From contig NC_043002.1 of the NCBI RefSeq assembly GCF_006345805.1, forward strand, positions 30,132,001 through 30,196,000: 64,000 bases of DNA, read 5' to 3'. Positions within the stretch are counted from its first letter, which is position 1. Each line of letters starts with the position of its first letter. The translations under genes and the position numbers were made by a program. Under the pieces are notes generated by a model. That model was not told the origin of the DNA and did no database searches. It saw only the letters and a list, made by a program, of their open reading frames with translations. Source of the DNA: Octopus sinensis. Lineage: Eukaryota. Below are positions 13,477-27,058 of this stretch, piece by piece.

Positions 13477-13555
<79 letters not shown>

Positions 13556-13722
13556 GCCTACAGATACATACATACATACATAAAAATATAAATCTTTAAA
13601 TCATTTCAGCTTGAAAGCTGTGGTTATGTTGGGGCATCACCATTGGCCGTGATACACTATTATCAGAAATCTTCTCTGATCTGTGGCATTTGGTGAATTG
13701 TATATATATATATATATATATA

Positions 13723-13960
13723 TATGGTTGCCCAACAGTAGGTTTACAGTTATTCGACTATCTCTTTCGCTTTCATATATTAAAAGCTTAGATCTTAATT
13801 ATGAAAAAAAAATATGAAACCATTATTCTATGCTAATTTAATTACTTTTGTCAAGCTCCTCTTTGAGTTTGTAAGATAGAAAGTTAAATGAAATAAAATG
13901 TTTTAAAAGAAATTTAAAGTACCTACGTGATAACTGTAAAACTACATTTGGGCTGCCCTG
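13723..13960. mobile_element. Tc1/mariner-type MITE
   Basis: Imperfect TIRs: left TATGGTTGCCCAACAGTAGGTTTACAGTTAT; right (reverse complement) CAGGGCAGCCCAAATGTAGTTTTACAGTTAT; TA on both flanks. Confidence 0.75.
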
Positions 13961-14149
13961 TACACACACACGCACACACACACGCACACACACACGCACA
14001 CACACACGCACACACATTCATATATTATGTAGAGAGTTAAAATTAGAGACAAGAAAAATTAAAGTTACGATATCAATGAACGTTACATCATTGGTAAATT
14101 TGTAAATTTTGTTGTTGCTATTGTTCTGTTGCGGTATGTAGCATTGACA

Positions 14150-14592
<443 letters not shown>

Positions 14593-14829
14593 ATGAAAAT
14601 GTTTCCATTCTTCCATTACTGCTGCTTCTCAGTGTTGTATTCTACAGCTAAATGTATTCACTCCATTCTACATAATAAAATGTCTAATCAAGCAAATTGC
14701 AACATAGAATGTTCCTTATTCCCCAACACTTCCCATAGAGCCATTCACCGAAGAGTATGTAAATACACACACACACCGGTGTGTGTATATCTATCTATCT
14801 ATTTGTCTGTATGCCTGTCTGTCTGTGCG

Positions 14830-15318
14830 TGAATGTAGCAAGGATGGCACGTATGAATGACGAAGCCACCTTGCGCATAATCCTATGAACCCAGAAATTG
14901 AAAACAGGGGGTTACCCACTTGCAAACAAATATGGTAACATATAACAATATTGACCAAGGTTACCGTGGTCTTTTTCATAGGCTTTTCTTCCCACGGATA
15001 AACCTTACTTGCTTTCCCCTTTACACCAAATATCATAACAGTGATACACGATGCCTATTGATTGTTTTTTTTCCTCTTCCCCTTTTTTCCCCCTTTTTCT
15101 TCTTTTTTCATTTCTCTTTTCTTTTGTTCCTTTTCCTTTTCTTCTTTTTTTATTTATTTTATTTTATTTATTTATTTATTTTTTTGTTCTTTTTCCCTTT
15201 TACGATCCACCTTTTTTTTGTCTCTTTTGTTTTTTGTTCTTTTCATCCCCCAAAAGAAAAGCTCTACCTTGTAACTTGTCCCATCTGTGTGCAGCCCTGT
15301 GTGGCCAATAAAGAAACT
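14830..15318 (+). mobile_element. 3' end/UTR of Tx1-like LINE (related to 27058-28890)
   Basis: Shares TGAATGACGAA..CAC.TTG.GCAT.ATCCT and the terminal AAAAGCTCTAC.TTGTA..TTGTCCC.TCTGTGT...GCCCTGTGTGGC.AATAAAGAAAC followed by (CTAT)n. Confidence 0.7.
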
Positions 15319-15327
15319 TATCTATCG

Positions 15328-15381
<54 letters not shown>

Positions 15382-15419
15382 ACACACACACTCACACACA
15401 CGCACACGCACACACACAC

Positions 15420-15451
<32 letters not shown>

Positions 15452-15472
15452 TATATATATATATATATATAC

Positions 15473-15930
15473 ATGATTTCCAGCGTGGCAGGGAGAGTGT
15501 GGAGGATGATCCCACACCAGGGAGGCCTCCAACTGCAACCACCGAGAACAATATTGACCTCGCTCATGGTATGATAATGCAAGATCATCGAATATCCTGT
15601 CACCAGATAACTGAGAGACTGGGCATCTCAAATGAAAGAGCAGACAACATTGAGACAAAAGAACTTGGGTTCTCGAAGGTTTCTGCAAGGTGGGTCCCAC
15701 GCCTTTTGACTCCTAAACAGAAACGCACCAGGTGCATTTTGACCACGAGCTAACTAGAACTGTTTGAAGCCGATGAAGAGAATTTTCTTGCTCGTTTTAT
15801 TACTATGGACAAAAGTTGGTTTCATCACTACCAGCCTGAACCCAAAGAACAATCAAAGCAGTGGAAGCACACATCTCCTACCCCAAAGAAGGCCAGGTCA
15901 TTCCTTCAGCTGGCAAGGTCATGGTGTCAG
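15473..15930 (+). pseudogene. mariner transposase fragment
   Basis: FQRGRESVEDDPTPGRP..KVSARWVPRLLT (WVPHEL-type motif), then a stop, then FLARFITMDKSWFHHYQPEPKEQSKQW..PKKA..SAGKVM (first catalytic D region). Confidence 0.9.
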
Positions 15931-15949
15931 TTGTCTTTGTTTTTTTGAA

Positions 15950-16440
15950 AACCTGGTAATTATTCTATCGGTCTCTTTTGCCAAACCGCTGTTACGGGTA
16001 CGTAAACAGTGCGGGGGTAGGTGGGGGACAATCACAGACACATAGATATATACATATATTCGGCTTCTTTCGGTTTCTGTCTACCAAATCCACTCAGAAG
16101 GCATATATCGGCCCAAAGCTACAGTAGAAAACACTTACCCCAGGTGCCATGCAGTGGGACTGATTCCAAAACCATGTGGTTGAGAATCAAGCTTCTTAAC
16201 ACACAGCCCCGCCTGCACCTACTCTTTTACTGTTTTACTATTTTACTTGTTTCAGTCGTTTGACTACAGCCATGCTGGAGCACCGCCTTTAGTCGAGCAA
16301 ATTGACCCCGGGACTTATTCTTTGTACGCCTAGTACTTATTCTATCGGTCTCTTTTGCCGAAATGCTAAGTTACGGGGACGTAAACACACCGGCATCGGT
16401 TGTCAATCGATGTTGCGAGGACAAACACAGGCACGCAAAA

Positions 16441-16522
<82 letters not shown>

Positions 16523-16670
16523 TTACGATGGACTTCGTTCAGTTTCCGTCTACCAAATCCACTCACAAGGCTTTGGTCGGCCCGAGGCTATAGTAGAAGA
16601 CACCTGCCCAAGGTGCCACGCAGTGGGACTGAACCCGAAACCATGTGACTGGTAAGCAAGCTACTTATAC
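15950..16670 (-). mobile_element. Two adjacent SINE family A copies
   Basis: 15950-16217 partial and 16235-16670 near full length; reverse complement of the 51829-52235 type. Confidence 0.85.
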
Positions 16671-16780
16671 ACAGGAAATATAATTTGTAGTTCAGTTTTA
16701 AGAAAATCAATTTACTGAAGCACATATATGTTATATAAAGCTTAAAGTTTCAATTAACTTTGCGGTATTTTATTCTATCA

Positions 16781-16819
<39 letters not shown>

Positions 16820-16823
<4 letters not shown>

Positions 16824-17127
16824 GCGCATGCATAACAGTAGGTAACAAGTTTGGTCCCCAACCATTAGAGTTCTGGGTTAAGCTTGTGGCATATTTTCTT
16901 GCGTTATCTCCACTACATGCGTTCAACGGAAACAAAAATCCAGTGAGTGCGCACAACACGGCTGCACTTTTCGTGTAGCAGCCTGGAATTGACGTAGTCT
17001 ACCCGGGCGAAAAATTTTCCGTACACGCAGGAAGAATGGCATCATCACCCAACCAAAATTTTTTCCCACATGGCATAACATTTGGCGGGAAAACACGAGG
17101 TCAGATACTTTTTGAATGTATCTCGTG
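16820..17127 (-). mobile_element. Probable mariner 5' terminal fragment
   Basis: Reverse complement begins ACGAGATACATTCAAAAAGTATCTGAC, resembling mariner TIRs (CGAGG..CATTCAAAAAGT); no second TIR seen. Confidence 0.4.
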
Positions 17128-17582
17128 TGCGTGTATACATGTGTGCATGTATGTGTGTATGTGTGTGTGTGCGCGCGCGCGTGCATGTATATATATATAT
17201 ATATATTAACACGTACACGCTTATACACTTTCGAAAAATCATTCTAAAATTATCTCCCGAAAATGACATTCTCACGCATATATAGGGCCTGCAACTGCAA
17301 GCCATTAAACGATGCAATTATAATAATACACACACAGAGATAACATATGTATCCACACATACACACGCATACACTCACACACACACACACACAAAGAGGC
17401 ACTCACGCAAACACGCAGAAGCAGGCACGTATACACATACGCTTATATACGTACAAAGTCTTTTCACTAACAAGCGGAAAATTATATACATATACATATT
17501 CATTTAATGCACGTATAAAGTTTCCATATACATACTTGTGTGTGCTTGTATATGCATGCATTTATATATATATATATATATA

Positions 17583-17634
<52 letters not shown>

Positions 17635-17841
17635 AGTGTATGTGTCTAAGTTTGTATATATAAGCTAATATATGCTGGTTCACAGTGAATGGCCTACAGT
17701 GCTGTTGTTATCTCATATTTTTGCATTTATTTTCTCCATTTATTTATTATAAAACTGAATTCGGTCAGCAACCACACCTATAAATATACAGACACTGACC
17801 TTCAGTTATATAGTCGTTGCTGACTCATACTCGCACACAAG

Positions 17842-17922
<81 letters not shown>

Positions 17923-17936
17923 GGTTTATCTATCTA

Positions 17937-18009
<73 letters not shown>

Positions 18010-18042
18010 GCACATGCACGTACGCACACACACACACACACA

Positions 18043-18607
18043 TAGGAGTGGCTGTGTGGTAAGCAGCTTGCTTCCTAACCACATGGTTCCGAGTTCAGTC
18101 CCACTGCGTGATACCTTGGGCAAGTGTCTTCTAATGTAGCCTCGGGCCGACCGAGGACATATGAGTAGATTTGGTAGACGGAAACTGAAAGCAATGTATA
18201 TATGTGTGTGTATGCGTATGTGTATGTGCCCGTGTTTGTCTCCCCCACCATCGCTTGACAATCGACGCTGGTGCATATACGCCCGCGTAACTTAACGGTT
18301 CGTCTACAGTAACTGATAGAATATGTTATATGCTTACAAATAATAAGTCCTGGCTCGATTTCTTCGACTAAAGGTGGTGCTCCAGTATTGCCGCTGTCAA
18401 GTGACTGAAACAAATAAACGAATAAAAGAAATATTCTTATATTAGACGCCGGCGTGGCTTTGTGGTAAGTAGCTTGCTTACTAACCACATGCTTTCCGGG
18501 TTCAGTCCCACCGCGTGGCACTTTGTGCAATTGTCTTCTACTATAGACACGGGCCGACCAAAGACTTGTGAGTGAATTTGGTAGACGGAAACTGAAAGAA
18601 GCCCATC

Positions 18608-18641
<34 letters not shown>

Positions 18642-18865
18642 GCATGTGTGTGTTTTTGTGTGTCTGTGTGTCTGTGTTTGTACCCCCAACATCGCTTTAC
18701 AACCGATGTTGGTGCATTTCCGTCCCCGTAACCTGGCGGTTCGGTAAAAGACACCGATAGAATAAGTGCTTCGCTTACAAAGAATAAGTCCTGGGGTCGA
18801 TTTTTTCGACTAAAGGCGGTGCTCCAGCATGGCCGCAGTGAATTGACAGAAACAATTAAAAGAAA
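18043..18865 (+). mobile_element. Two head-to-tail SINE family A copies
   Basis: Each has a GTGGCT.TGTGGTAAG A box, G.GTTCAGTCCC B box, TGGGCAAGTGTCTTCT-type core, an internal microsatellite and a GGTGCTCCAG.AT.GCCGC tail. Confidence 0.9.
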
Positions 18866-19732
18866 TGAACATATATTTATACATACATACACATATATAT
18901 GTTCTTTTCTTTTCTTCATTTCTTTAATGCGATTCTCTCTCCCTCTTTCGTCTTTCTCTCTCATCCTTTCTCTAATTCTTTTTTCTTCCCTTCACAGTTT
19001 TGTATCTGTCTCTCTCTCCCTCCCTCTTCCTCCTTTACTCTCTCTCTCTCGTTTACTCACACGTGACCATCGTCCATCTTGCTTTACTTCATGTAATCAT
19101 CTTTATTTTCTTTCAGTTTGTCGCACACACCAGACGCATTCTTTTCTGTCTCCTCTCCTATATTTTCTCGTATCAAAGAACATTCCTCTAGCGATCCCTA
19201 CCTTACCTCGTCTGGCTTAACGATCCTCCCTGTTTGTTTCGTTTGTAGGTCTCCACTGTCTTGTTTTTGTTACGAACTTCGATCCGCCGTAAATCCCAAA
19301 TTTTATTTTGGTTCACGGGAGCAGCTGTTTTTCGAAGATACATATTGTCGTGAATTGCTCGAAATGTAGAGTAGGTAAACAGCCGACAACGGATGAAGGG
19401 TCGTTTTTTACATTACTTGTCTTGTTTTCTATTTGTTTCTCTCGTTGTTTGCATAGCCAAGTTGTTTTCATATTTCCTAATGTCGCTTTCGTATTTCATG
19501 CAGTTTACGTTTCGTGGCGTCCTGTACCCATACATTCATAAATATATACATATATATGTAAGTATGTACATATATGTATGTATCGATGTATGCATGCATA
19601 TATATGTAGTCCCTTTCCAAGTACGTTTATCTTATATACACACATACACACATATACATATATATATATATCTTTCTATCAATCCACCTATCAATGTGTC
19701 TCTATCTATTTCTCTCACTGTCTCTCCCTCTC

Positions 19733-19772
<40 letters not shown>

Positions 19773-20073
19773 CTATCTCTCTAGCTATCATCTATTTATC
19801 TATAGACGCACACGCGCTAAGGTACCTTGCATGCTCTCGTTATACTTGTCTTCATATATCTGTATGCTGCATAACTAGCCAACTCTCGCTTTTTCTCTCA
19901 CTCTCAATCGCTCTATCCCCCTCTCTCTCCACTCTCTCTGTATTATATATAATACATATATATATACATAAAATATATATACATATATATATATATATAT
20001 GTATATACACTGCGCTATATAAAAGCGAATCTTTCTATGTATCAGTTTCAACCTATTTAACCCATATATATGT

Positions 20074-20150
<77 letters not shown>

Positions 20151-21104
20151 TGCATACATCCATTTAAACATACGCATTTTCATATGTATGTTTGCGCCAT
20201 TATTTCTCGCAGACAATTTGGTAGGCTGTACGGTGCTGAGGTAAATTGGGTTTTTTCGCCTTTGAATTTGGGGGCAAAAATGGACCCTGACCATCCACAG
20301 TCACTCAACACTTTAGAACGACTAGGATGGGATAAATAAAGGAAGGGAATGTCACCTAGCCGCATTTTATATTGTTAGGTATCCATAAGAGTACGTAAGC
20401 TACACTATTTTTATAACTGCTAAATCAATGGTAACAAAATAAAATATAGTAATTTCGCAGAGCTATTCGTATTACTTAACATTATATTGTAAATAATTAT
20501 CATGCAATACGATAAAGTATTATAAGCTTTCACTAATAAACTATTTCGAAATGGCGACACTATAATACGTTGTTCTCCTTTTCTCCCGAAGTTTTTAAAA
20601 TATGCATTATCGAATAGATTGAAGGCCGCAAATTGGCATAAGCCATTTTGATCAATTTTGTTCTTCGTCTCCTTGTGGTCGTGATGCACAATCCTACGTC
20701 TCTGTTTGGTGGCATTAAATAACTCTCTCCACTCAAAACCGCTGATCTTTTATCTAAACTAGAAGCGATTATCAGATAATAACGTGTCTATATAAGTTCT
20801 TAATTAATAACGTGTCTATATAGTTTCTTAATTTCTTAATTCGTTTTCACAAATTCGAACGTAAAGTCTGATCACTATTGCTTTTCGAAGCGTGTTCATA
20901 ACATTTGCATTTCCCCCGTTTATGAACTTAGAGATACCACAATGTTTCGCCCTCATTGTGTATATCATCAGTAAGAGTGTTTCCACGGCACCGATGAATC
21001 TAACGAGCGCACGAGCATTTTTCTATAGGAATAACTTAATAAATTATTTGCTGATGCGTCTTAATGCTTGCCAAAGAGATAACAATATTTGGGGAGAACT
21101 TAAG

Positions 21105-21340
21105 ATACCTATTTCTTTACTACCCACAAGGGGCTAAACACAGAAGGGACAAACAAGGACAGACAAACAGATTAAGTCGATTACATAGACCCCAGTGCGT
21201 AACTGGTACTTAATTTATCGACCCCGAAAGGATGAAAGGTAAAGTCGACCTTGGATGAATTTGAACTCAGAACGTAACGGCAGACGAAATATGGCTACGC
21301 ATTTCGCCCGGGGTGCTAACGGTTCTGCCAGCTCGCCTCG
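21105..21340 (-). mobile_element. SINE family B
   Basis: Full-length reverse-complement match to 23779-23992. Confidence 0.9.
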
Positions 21341-21689
21341 TTTAAAAGATCGAATTTATTTACTATGAAGAAAAGTGACAGCGATCAGATTTGCACGGTC
21401 GAACCTTCCAGAACGTAATAAGAATCGATAGGTACCTTGTAGTTTGAATTTTCGCTGTTCTCAGTGTATTCCACGAATTATTAACTGACAGAGCTAGTGC
21501 TAAATATTCAATAGCAAATGCAAATAATGTTATCGTTAATTTTTCTTTCTGTTTTTCTTATCTATTTGTTTATATTTTTTATTATCATGCAGTCCCGGTC
21601 AACTTGATCTTCCCATGAAATTTGACTCTATTCAGAGTATCATCAATCAATGTTTCGTTGTTTTTCTTAAACTTACTATGAATTAATAA

Positions 21690-22606
21690 CCCTCGACGAC
21701 CTCACGCAACACACCCTTCTATTTGCCGACGATATCAAACTGGTCGCTCCTCGCGGTAATATAGAGGATCTTCGTCGATGCCTCCACCAAATTTGGAAGT
21801 GGTCTAACGATTGGGACCTGTGTCTGAACGTGTCAAAGTGCTGTCATCTGCCTGTCGGCTCTACTCCTGCAACTCAACTTGATTTCGAGCCGGGTCGTCT
21901 GCTGCTGGAGAGGACCGATCAGGTAAAGGACCTGGGTATCTTGGTGGATTCCTCCTTTTCGCCTTCGGCCCAGTGCGTCCATGCTGCCAACAAAGCACGC
22001 GGAATTCTGTTCTTGATTCGACGGTCATTCGGAATGCTCACAGCAGCCATATTCCTACCACTCTATGTCACGCTGGTGAGACCCATATTGGAGTATGGGA
22101 TTCAAGCCTCTTCTCCTTATCTCCTCAAAGACATACAGCATCTCGAAAGAGTCCAGAAGCTGGCTACCCGCATGGTTCATGGTCTCAAAAATTTGTCCTA
22201 CGAAGAAAGGCTGAGGACGTTCGACCTTTATTCTCTTGAAAAACGCCGCCGCCGAGGTGATCTCATTCTCGCCCACAACATCATAAGCGGAAAGTGTAAC
22301 CTCTCGAAAGAGCTGTTCTTCACTCCTGCTCCAGAGCGTCGGCTGCGGGGTCATTCCGAAAAGCTCTACCTGCGACGATTTCATCTCAATCGAAGGAGAG
22401 GAGCTTTCTCCGTCCGGGTTGCGGATCCGTGGAACAAGCTGCCAGACGAGATGGTGAAGATGCCGACGACCGCTTTGTTCAAAGCCTCCCTGGACCTCAA
22501 GTGGCCTGAACTCTTTACATGAACACCACCCTGTACTTAACTCCATGTCCCCCTACATGGCCTTGCTATTTGCTTTTGAGCCAAATTAACTAACTAACTA
22601 ACTAAC
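21690..22606 (+). mobile_element. 5'-truncated CR1-like LINE (RT C-terminus, 3' UTR, (CTAA)n tail)
   Basis: Open frame 21692-22522: LLFADDIKL..LNVSKC..KDLGILVD..LYVTLVRPILEY..LERVQKLATRMV.GLKNLSYEERL..LEKRRRRGDLI..RLRGHSEKL..FSVRVADPWNKLP; tail AACTAACTAACTAACTAAC. Confidence 0.92.
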
Positions 22607-23778
22607 ATTATATATTTCTAAATATGGCTTCCAAATTGCTTTTTCATTTTTTTCCTTCACTATGATATTGAGTCGATTAATAGAATCGAGCCTAGTAACT
22701 GATAAGTGCAGCAATAACAATAATAAATTATCACAAGTGACATTGAAGGGATCAGAAAATCTACTGCAAAAGATTATAAGAATTGGATCAAAAGATTTGA
22801 AAAGGACGAGCGGTGCAATAAGATCTAGCATTGAATATGATAGGAACATTTGGCACAGAGTGGCAACATCTTATACAATAACGCTCATGTTGTTGGGCAG
22901 GAGATTTGTTGTCTACATCGGTATGTGGACCCAGGCAGCTCTGGTGTCGCAGTCGAAAAGTCGAAAGATCTACAGAGTTGTTCACCACCTGATAAGGCAT
23001 CGATTCCTGCATTCGGAGACGGAGTACATCAGCCTCTCCAACATGCAAACACACACACACACACAAACACACAAATCAATGACAAGTATAAAGTGACCAT
23101 CAAGGCCTACCATTTTCTACGATATGTAGAGTCACATAATTGTCATTGAAATTATTAGAGTTTGTTAGAACCTGGAAAACATTTTAGGTATCGTTCTTTC
23201 AAAGACAAATATCAACCTCTCATTTGACTTAGAATCGAATCATATTAACCATTTTTTAACTAAGAATTAAACGACACATTTTAAATTCTCAGTTTTTAAA
23301 CCACACAAAGAAATTCATACGTCTGTCAAGAAACACAGTTGACGAAAACTTCAGTCTTTTCTATGGAAAAGATCGATAACCGATTTCCTATGGACAGACA
23401 AGTTGAAGTATCAAATCATTAGCAAGATTCTGCCCCAAAATTTTATCCAAAATGAATAGCAGTATTGGTTTTGGAGGCTCCAATATATCGGAAGCATTCT
23501 CCCAAATAGAGACTATGTCAAACGATATAGGGATTTACGCAGCATCAGAACCGGATGTATTCTTAAAAGCATGTGCAAACTTATCCAAACCCGAGTAAAA
23601 CAAGAGGTTTGATTTGGTGTCTGGCAGCTTCTTGGTTTTAAAATGAGTGTGGTATAGAAACTGAAGATAATCTATAGAAAACCTTAAAAGTCTGGTTGCA
23701 GACATGAGAAAGGAAATTGGACCGATCTGTGGCTTAGCATGAATAAAACTGAGGATATATTTTAATACTCTGTGTATG

Positions 23779-23992
23779 AAGGCGGCGAGCTGGCAGAAAC
23801 GTTAGCACGCCGTATTTCGTCTGCCGTTACGTTCTGAGTTCAAATTCCGCCGAGGTCAACTTTGCCTTTCATCCTTTCGGGGTCGATAAATTAAGTACCA
23901 GTTACACACTGGGGTCGATGTAAACGACTTAATCCGTTTGCCTGCCCTTGTTTGTCCCCTCTGTGTTTAACCCCTTGTGGGTAGTAAAGTAA
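23779..23992 (+). mobile_element. SINE family B with perfect 22-bp target-site duplication
   Basis: A box AGCTGGCAGAA, B box GAGTTCAAATTCC; TSD ATATATTTTAATACTCTGTGTA at 23755-23776 and 23994-24015. Confidence 0.92.
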
Positions 23993-24635
23993 TATATATT
24001 TTAATACTCTGTGTAGATGACGGAGAAAAATTGATCTTAACGGAATTTGAACACAGTACATATTGTTTAAAGTGTATACGTTTAAGTAACTTACCTATTA
24101 CTCTACTGATTTTTAGCATCCTAAAACTCTTGCCCTAATTACAATACTAAAACAACAAAGCAAGGATGGGACATGTGCAAACGTAGAACTTCGTCTGTGA
24201 AAGCATGTAAGGCAGAAGAAAAGGGATACCACAGCAGGACTTCTGAGTAGTTAAAGCTGGAAACAATAACAAGAGAAGACTATTAAAAGGGGAAGTAAGT
24301 GGGGATGAATTAAACAAAGATGAGGTGGAGAAGGAGGTAGTTATGTAAATATTTAGTAAAACGTAAATGATGATATCGAGATATGTTGAAGAAAATAAGA
24401 AGTAATAAGAGAAACTCTAACAGCGACAACAAGAAGAATAACATTGGCATCAAAAAACTGCAACAGAAATATCAGTCAAACTATAAAAATGGGTAACGAA
24501 ATAAAACAAAACAAAAAAAAGAGGTTTCAAAACTGAATAAATAAATAAATAGATAAATAAATAAGTCCAATTTCAAAGATGTGTGCAACGTAGGAATCAG
24601 TTACAGAAACAATATTAGCATCTACAAATACAATA

Positions 24636-25130
24636 ATGTCGTCGTCGTCATCCTCATCCTCATCCTCCACCACCTTCTCCTCCTCCTTTTTTTTTTCTTC
24701 TTCTTCTTCTTCTTCTTCTTCTTCTTCTTCTTCTTCTTCTTCTTCTTCTTCTTCTTCTTCTTCTTCTTCTTCTTCTTCTTCTTCTTCTTCTTCTTCTTCT
24801 TCTTCTTCTTCTTCTTCTTCTACTTGTCGTCGTCGTCGTCATCATCATCATCGAGTTCATCAACGTCATCTTCCCAGCATCATTATTGTCATGATTATCA
24901 ACGTCATCATATCACCAACAAGGTCATCCTCATCTTCATCACCATCATCGTCGTTGTTGTCGTCATCATCATCGTCATCGTCAGTCTCGTTGTCAACATT
25001 TTCATCATTGTCGTTGTCGTTGTCATTGTCCTCCTCCTCATCCTCCTCATCAATATTATCACCATCGTCGTCGCCACCACCATCATTATTGTAATTTTTC
25101 TTTTCATCATCATCATCAGCTTCACCATCA
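24636..25130. repeat. (CTT)n plus degenerate (CAT/CGT)n low-complexity tract
   Basis: Direct reading. Confidence 0.9.
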
Positions 25131-25139
25131 TTTATATAT

Positions 25140-25435
25140 ACACCCAAGTGCAGAAGAAACCGATGCAGATTCTCCAAATCCATTCTATTAGTGGCACAGC
25201 GAAGATTTGCAAGACATTCCCCAAAATTCTCCATCTGAGATTCCCATGTGAATATATGCCCACACTTGGGTGTATGCAACGACAGTTTAACCAATACACC
25301 AACTCAACCACATATTTACAAACACCATGAACACTCTTCTCTTAAAAAGTCTTGTCGCTTACCTAGCGATTGGTTTCAACTCTCTCAAGAAAAACAAATA
25401 AAACTCAAAGAAAAATCATACATACATACATACAT
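25140..25435 (+). mobile_element. 3' end of R4/Dong-like (RLE) non-LTR retrotransposon
   Basis: LQIHSISGTAKICKTF C-terminal motif also seen in 25905-26255; A-rich end followed by (CATA)n. Confidence 0.55.
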
Positions 25436-25592
25436 GAATAAATACATTAAAGGCATAAGAAAATTTGTATTGTATTATTTGAGTAGATAAATCCTTGTTG
25501 TGACACCGAAGGTTCGCAGTTAATTAACGGCAAAACTTCGATTCTCTATACAAATGTCTGCTTGCGTGCGCGTGGATGCATGCGTATGTGTA

Positions 25593-25691
<99 letters not shown>

Positions 25692-25793
25692 AACAACTCT
25701 GAAGCCCATCTACGGATTTACAATATAGAATTGTGATGAACCATAACTTGGGAACATACTAAAAGATTACTTGGAATACTTCACTAATCTAAG

Positions 25794-26255
<462 letters not shown>

Positions 26256-26835
26256 GTCTGTCTGTCTATCTGTCTGTCTGTTTGTTTGTCTCTCTGTCTG
26301 TCTGTATGTATATATGTGTATGAGTTGCGAGAGTGATGCAAAGAGGTGGTGAGAAATGACTAAAAACGGGTGGTGTGAGGAAATACAGAAATACAGCGGC
26401 AAAGAAAATATTTGTAAGGATATTTGAAGCGAAAAAATATTAGTAAAGCGATGTGTGATGGGTAAAGGTTACTGCTAAAATATTTCGCCCTTCCTGTGTG
26501 TACTTGCAATAATTGTAAATATAGATCAATGGTTGTTTGGTGGAGAAAGTTTGTAAAAAATATAGGAATAATAAAGACAGAGGTAGCTGGCGGAAAGGTG
26601 AAACTGAATGTGTGATACGAGTGTGCCAAAATGTTCCTAGATGTGTTTCGTGAAAACGTGGAGATTAAGAATGTGTTGACATATGTGGGTTCGTTCGTAC
26701 TTGTTTGTGTGTGTGTGAGAGTGTGTGTGTGTGTTTTACTAGAAAATAAGGGAAATATGAAAATATGCATACTACAGGAAATATTAAGCAAATAGGTTGA
26801 GGTAGGCCGAATGTTGTGAGTGACAAGACAAATAC

Positions 26836-26887
<52 letters not shown>

Positions 26888-26979
26888 GTATATATATATA
26901 CATGTATATCGATAGATAGACAGACATAGATAGATGAATAGATAAATAGAGAGAGAGAGAGAGTGAGAGAGAGATAGCG

Positions 26980-27057
<78 letters not shown>

Positions 27058-27058
<1 letters not shown>

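Larger units (their letters stand above)
10375..13479 (+). mobile_element. Retrozyme-like / Penelope-pLTR-like tandem array: ~602-bp unit x ~4.8 plus 200-bp inverted 5' segment, flanked by (TA)n
   Basis: Units are near-identical (CTGAAGA at 10781, 11379, 11986, 12587, 13184). 10375-10574 is the reverse complement of 10976-11175. No ORF of 60 aa or more in the track. One hammerhead motif per unit. Confidence 0.85.

Noticed and set aside
10573-13479. CRISPR array or simple satellite interpretation of the ~602-bp repeat
   Set aside because: No unique spacers, eukaryotic context and no cas genes. The ribozyme core and 5' inversion favour a retroelement origin.
10573-13479. Single-base indels between array copies as biological variants
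   Set aside because: Mostly 1-nt deletions in homopolymers, typical of long-read consensus error; not interpretable without reads.
22585-22606. (CTAA)n as a telomeric repeat
   Set aside because: It is a tetramer rather than TTAGGG, and it sits exactly at the LINE 3' end as its tail.
22662-23750. Non-repetitive ORFs of 94-144 aa and adjacent unique sequence
   Set aside because: No recognisable motif; probably a decayed TE but unassignable by eye.
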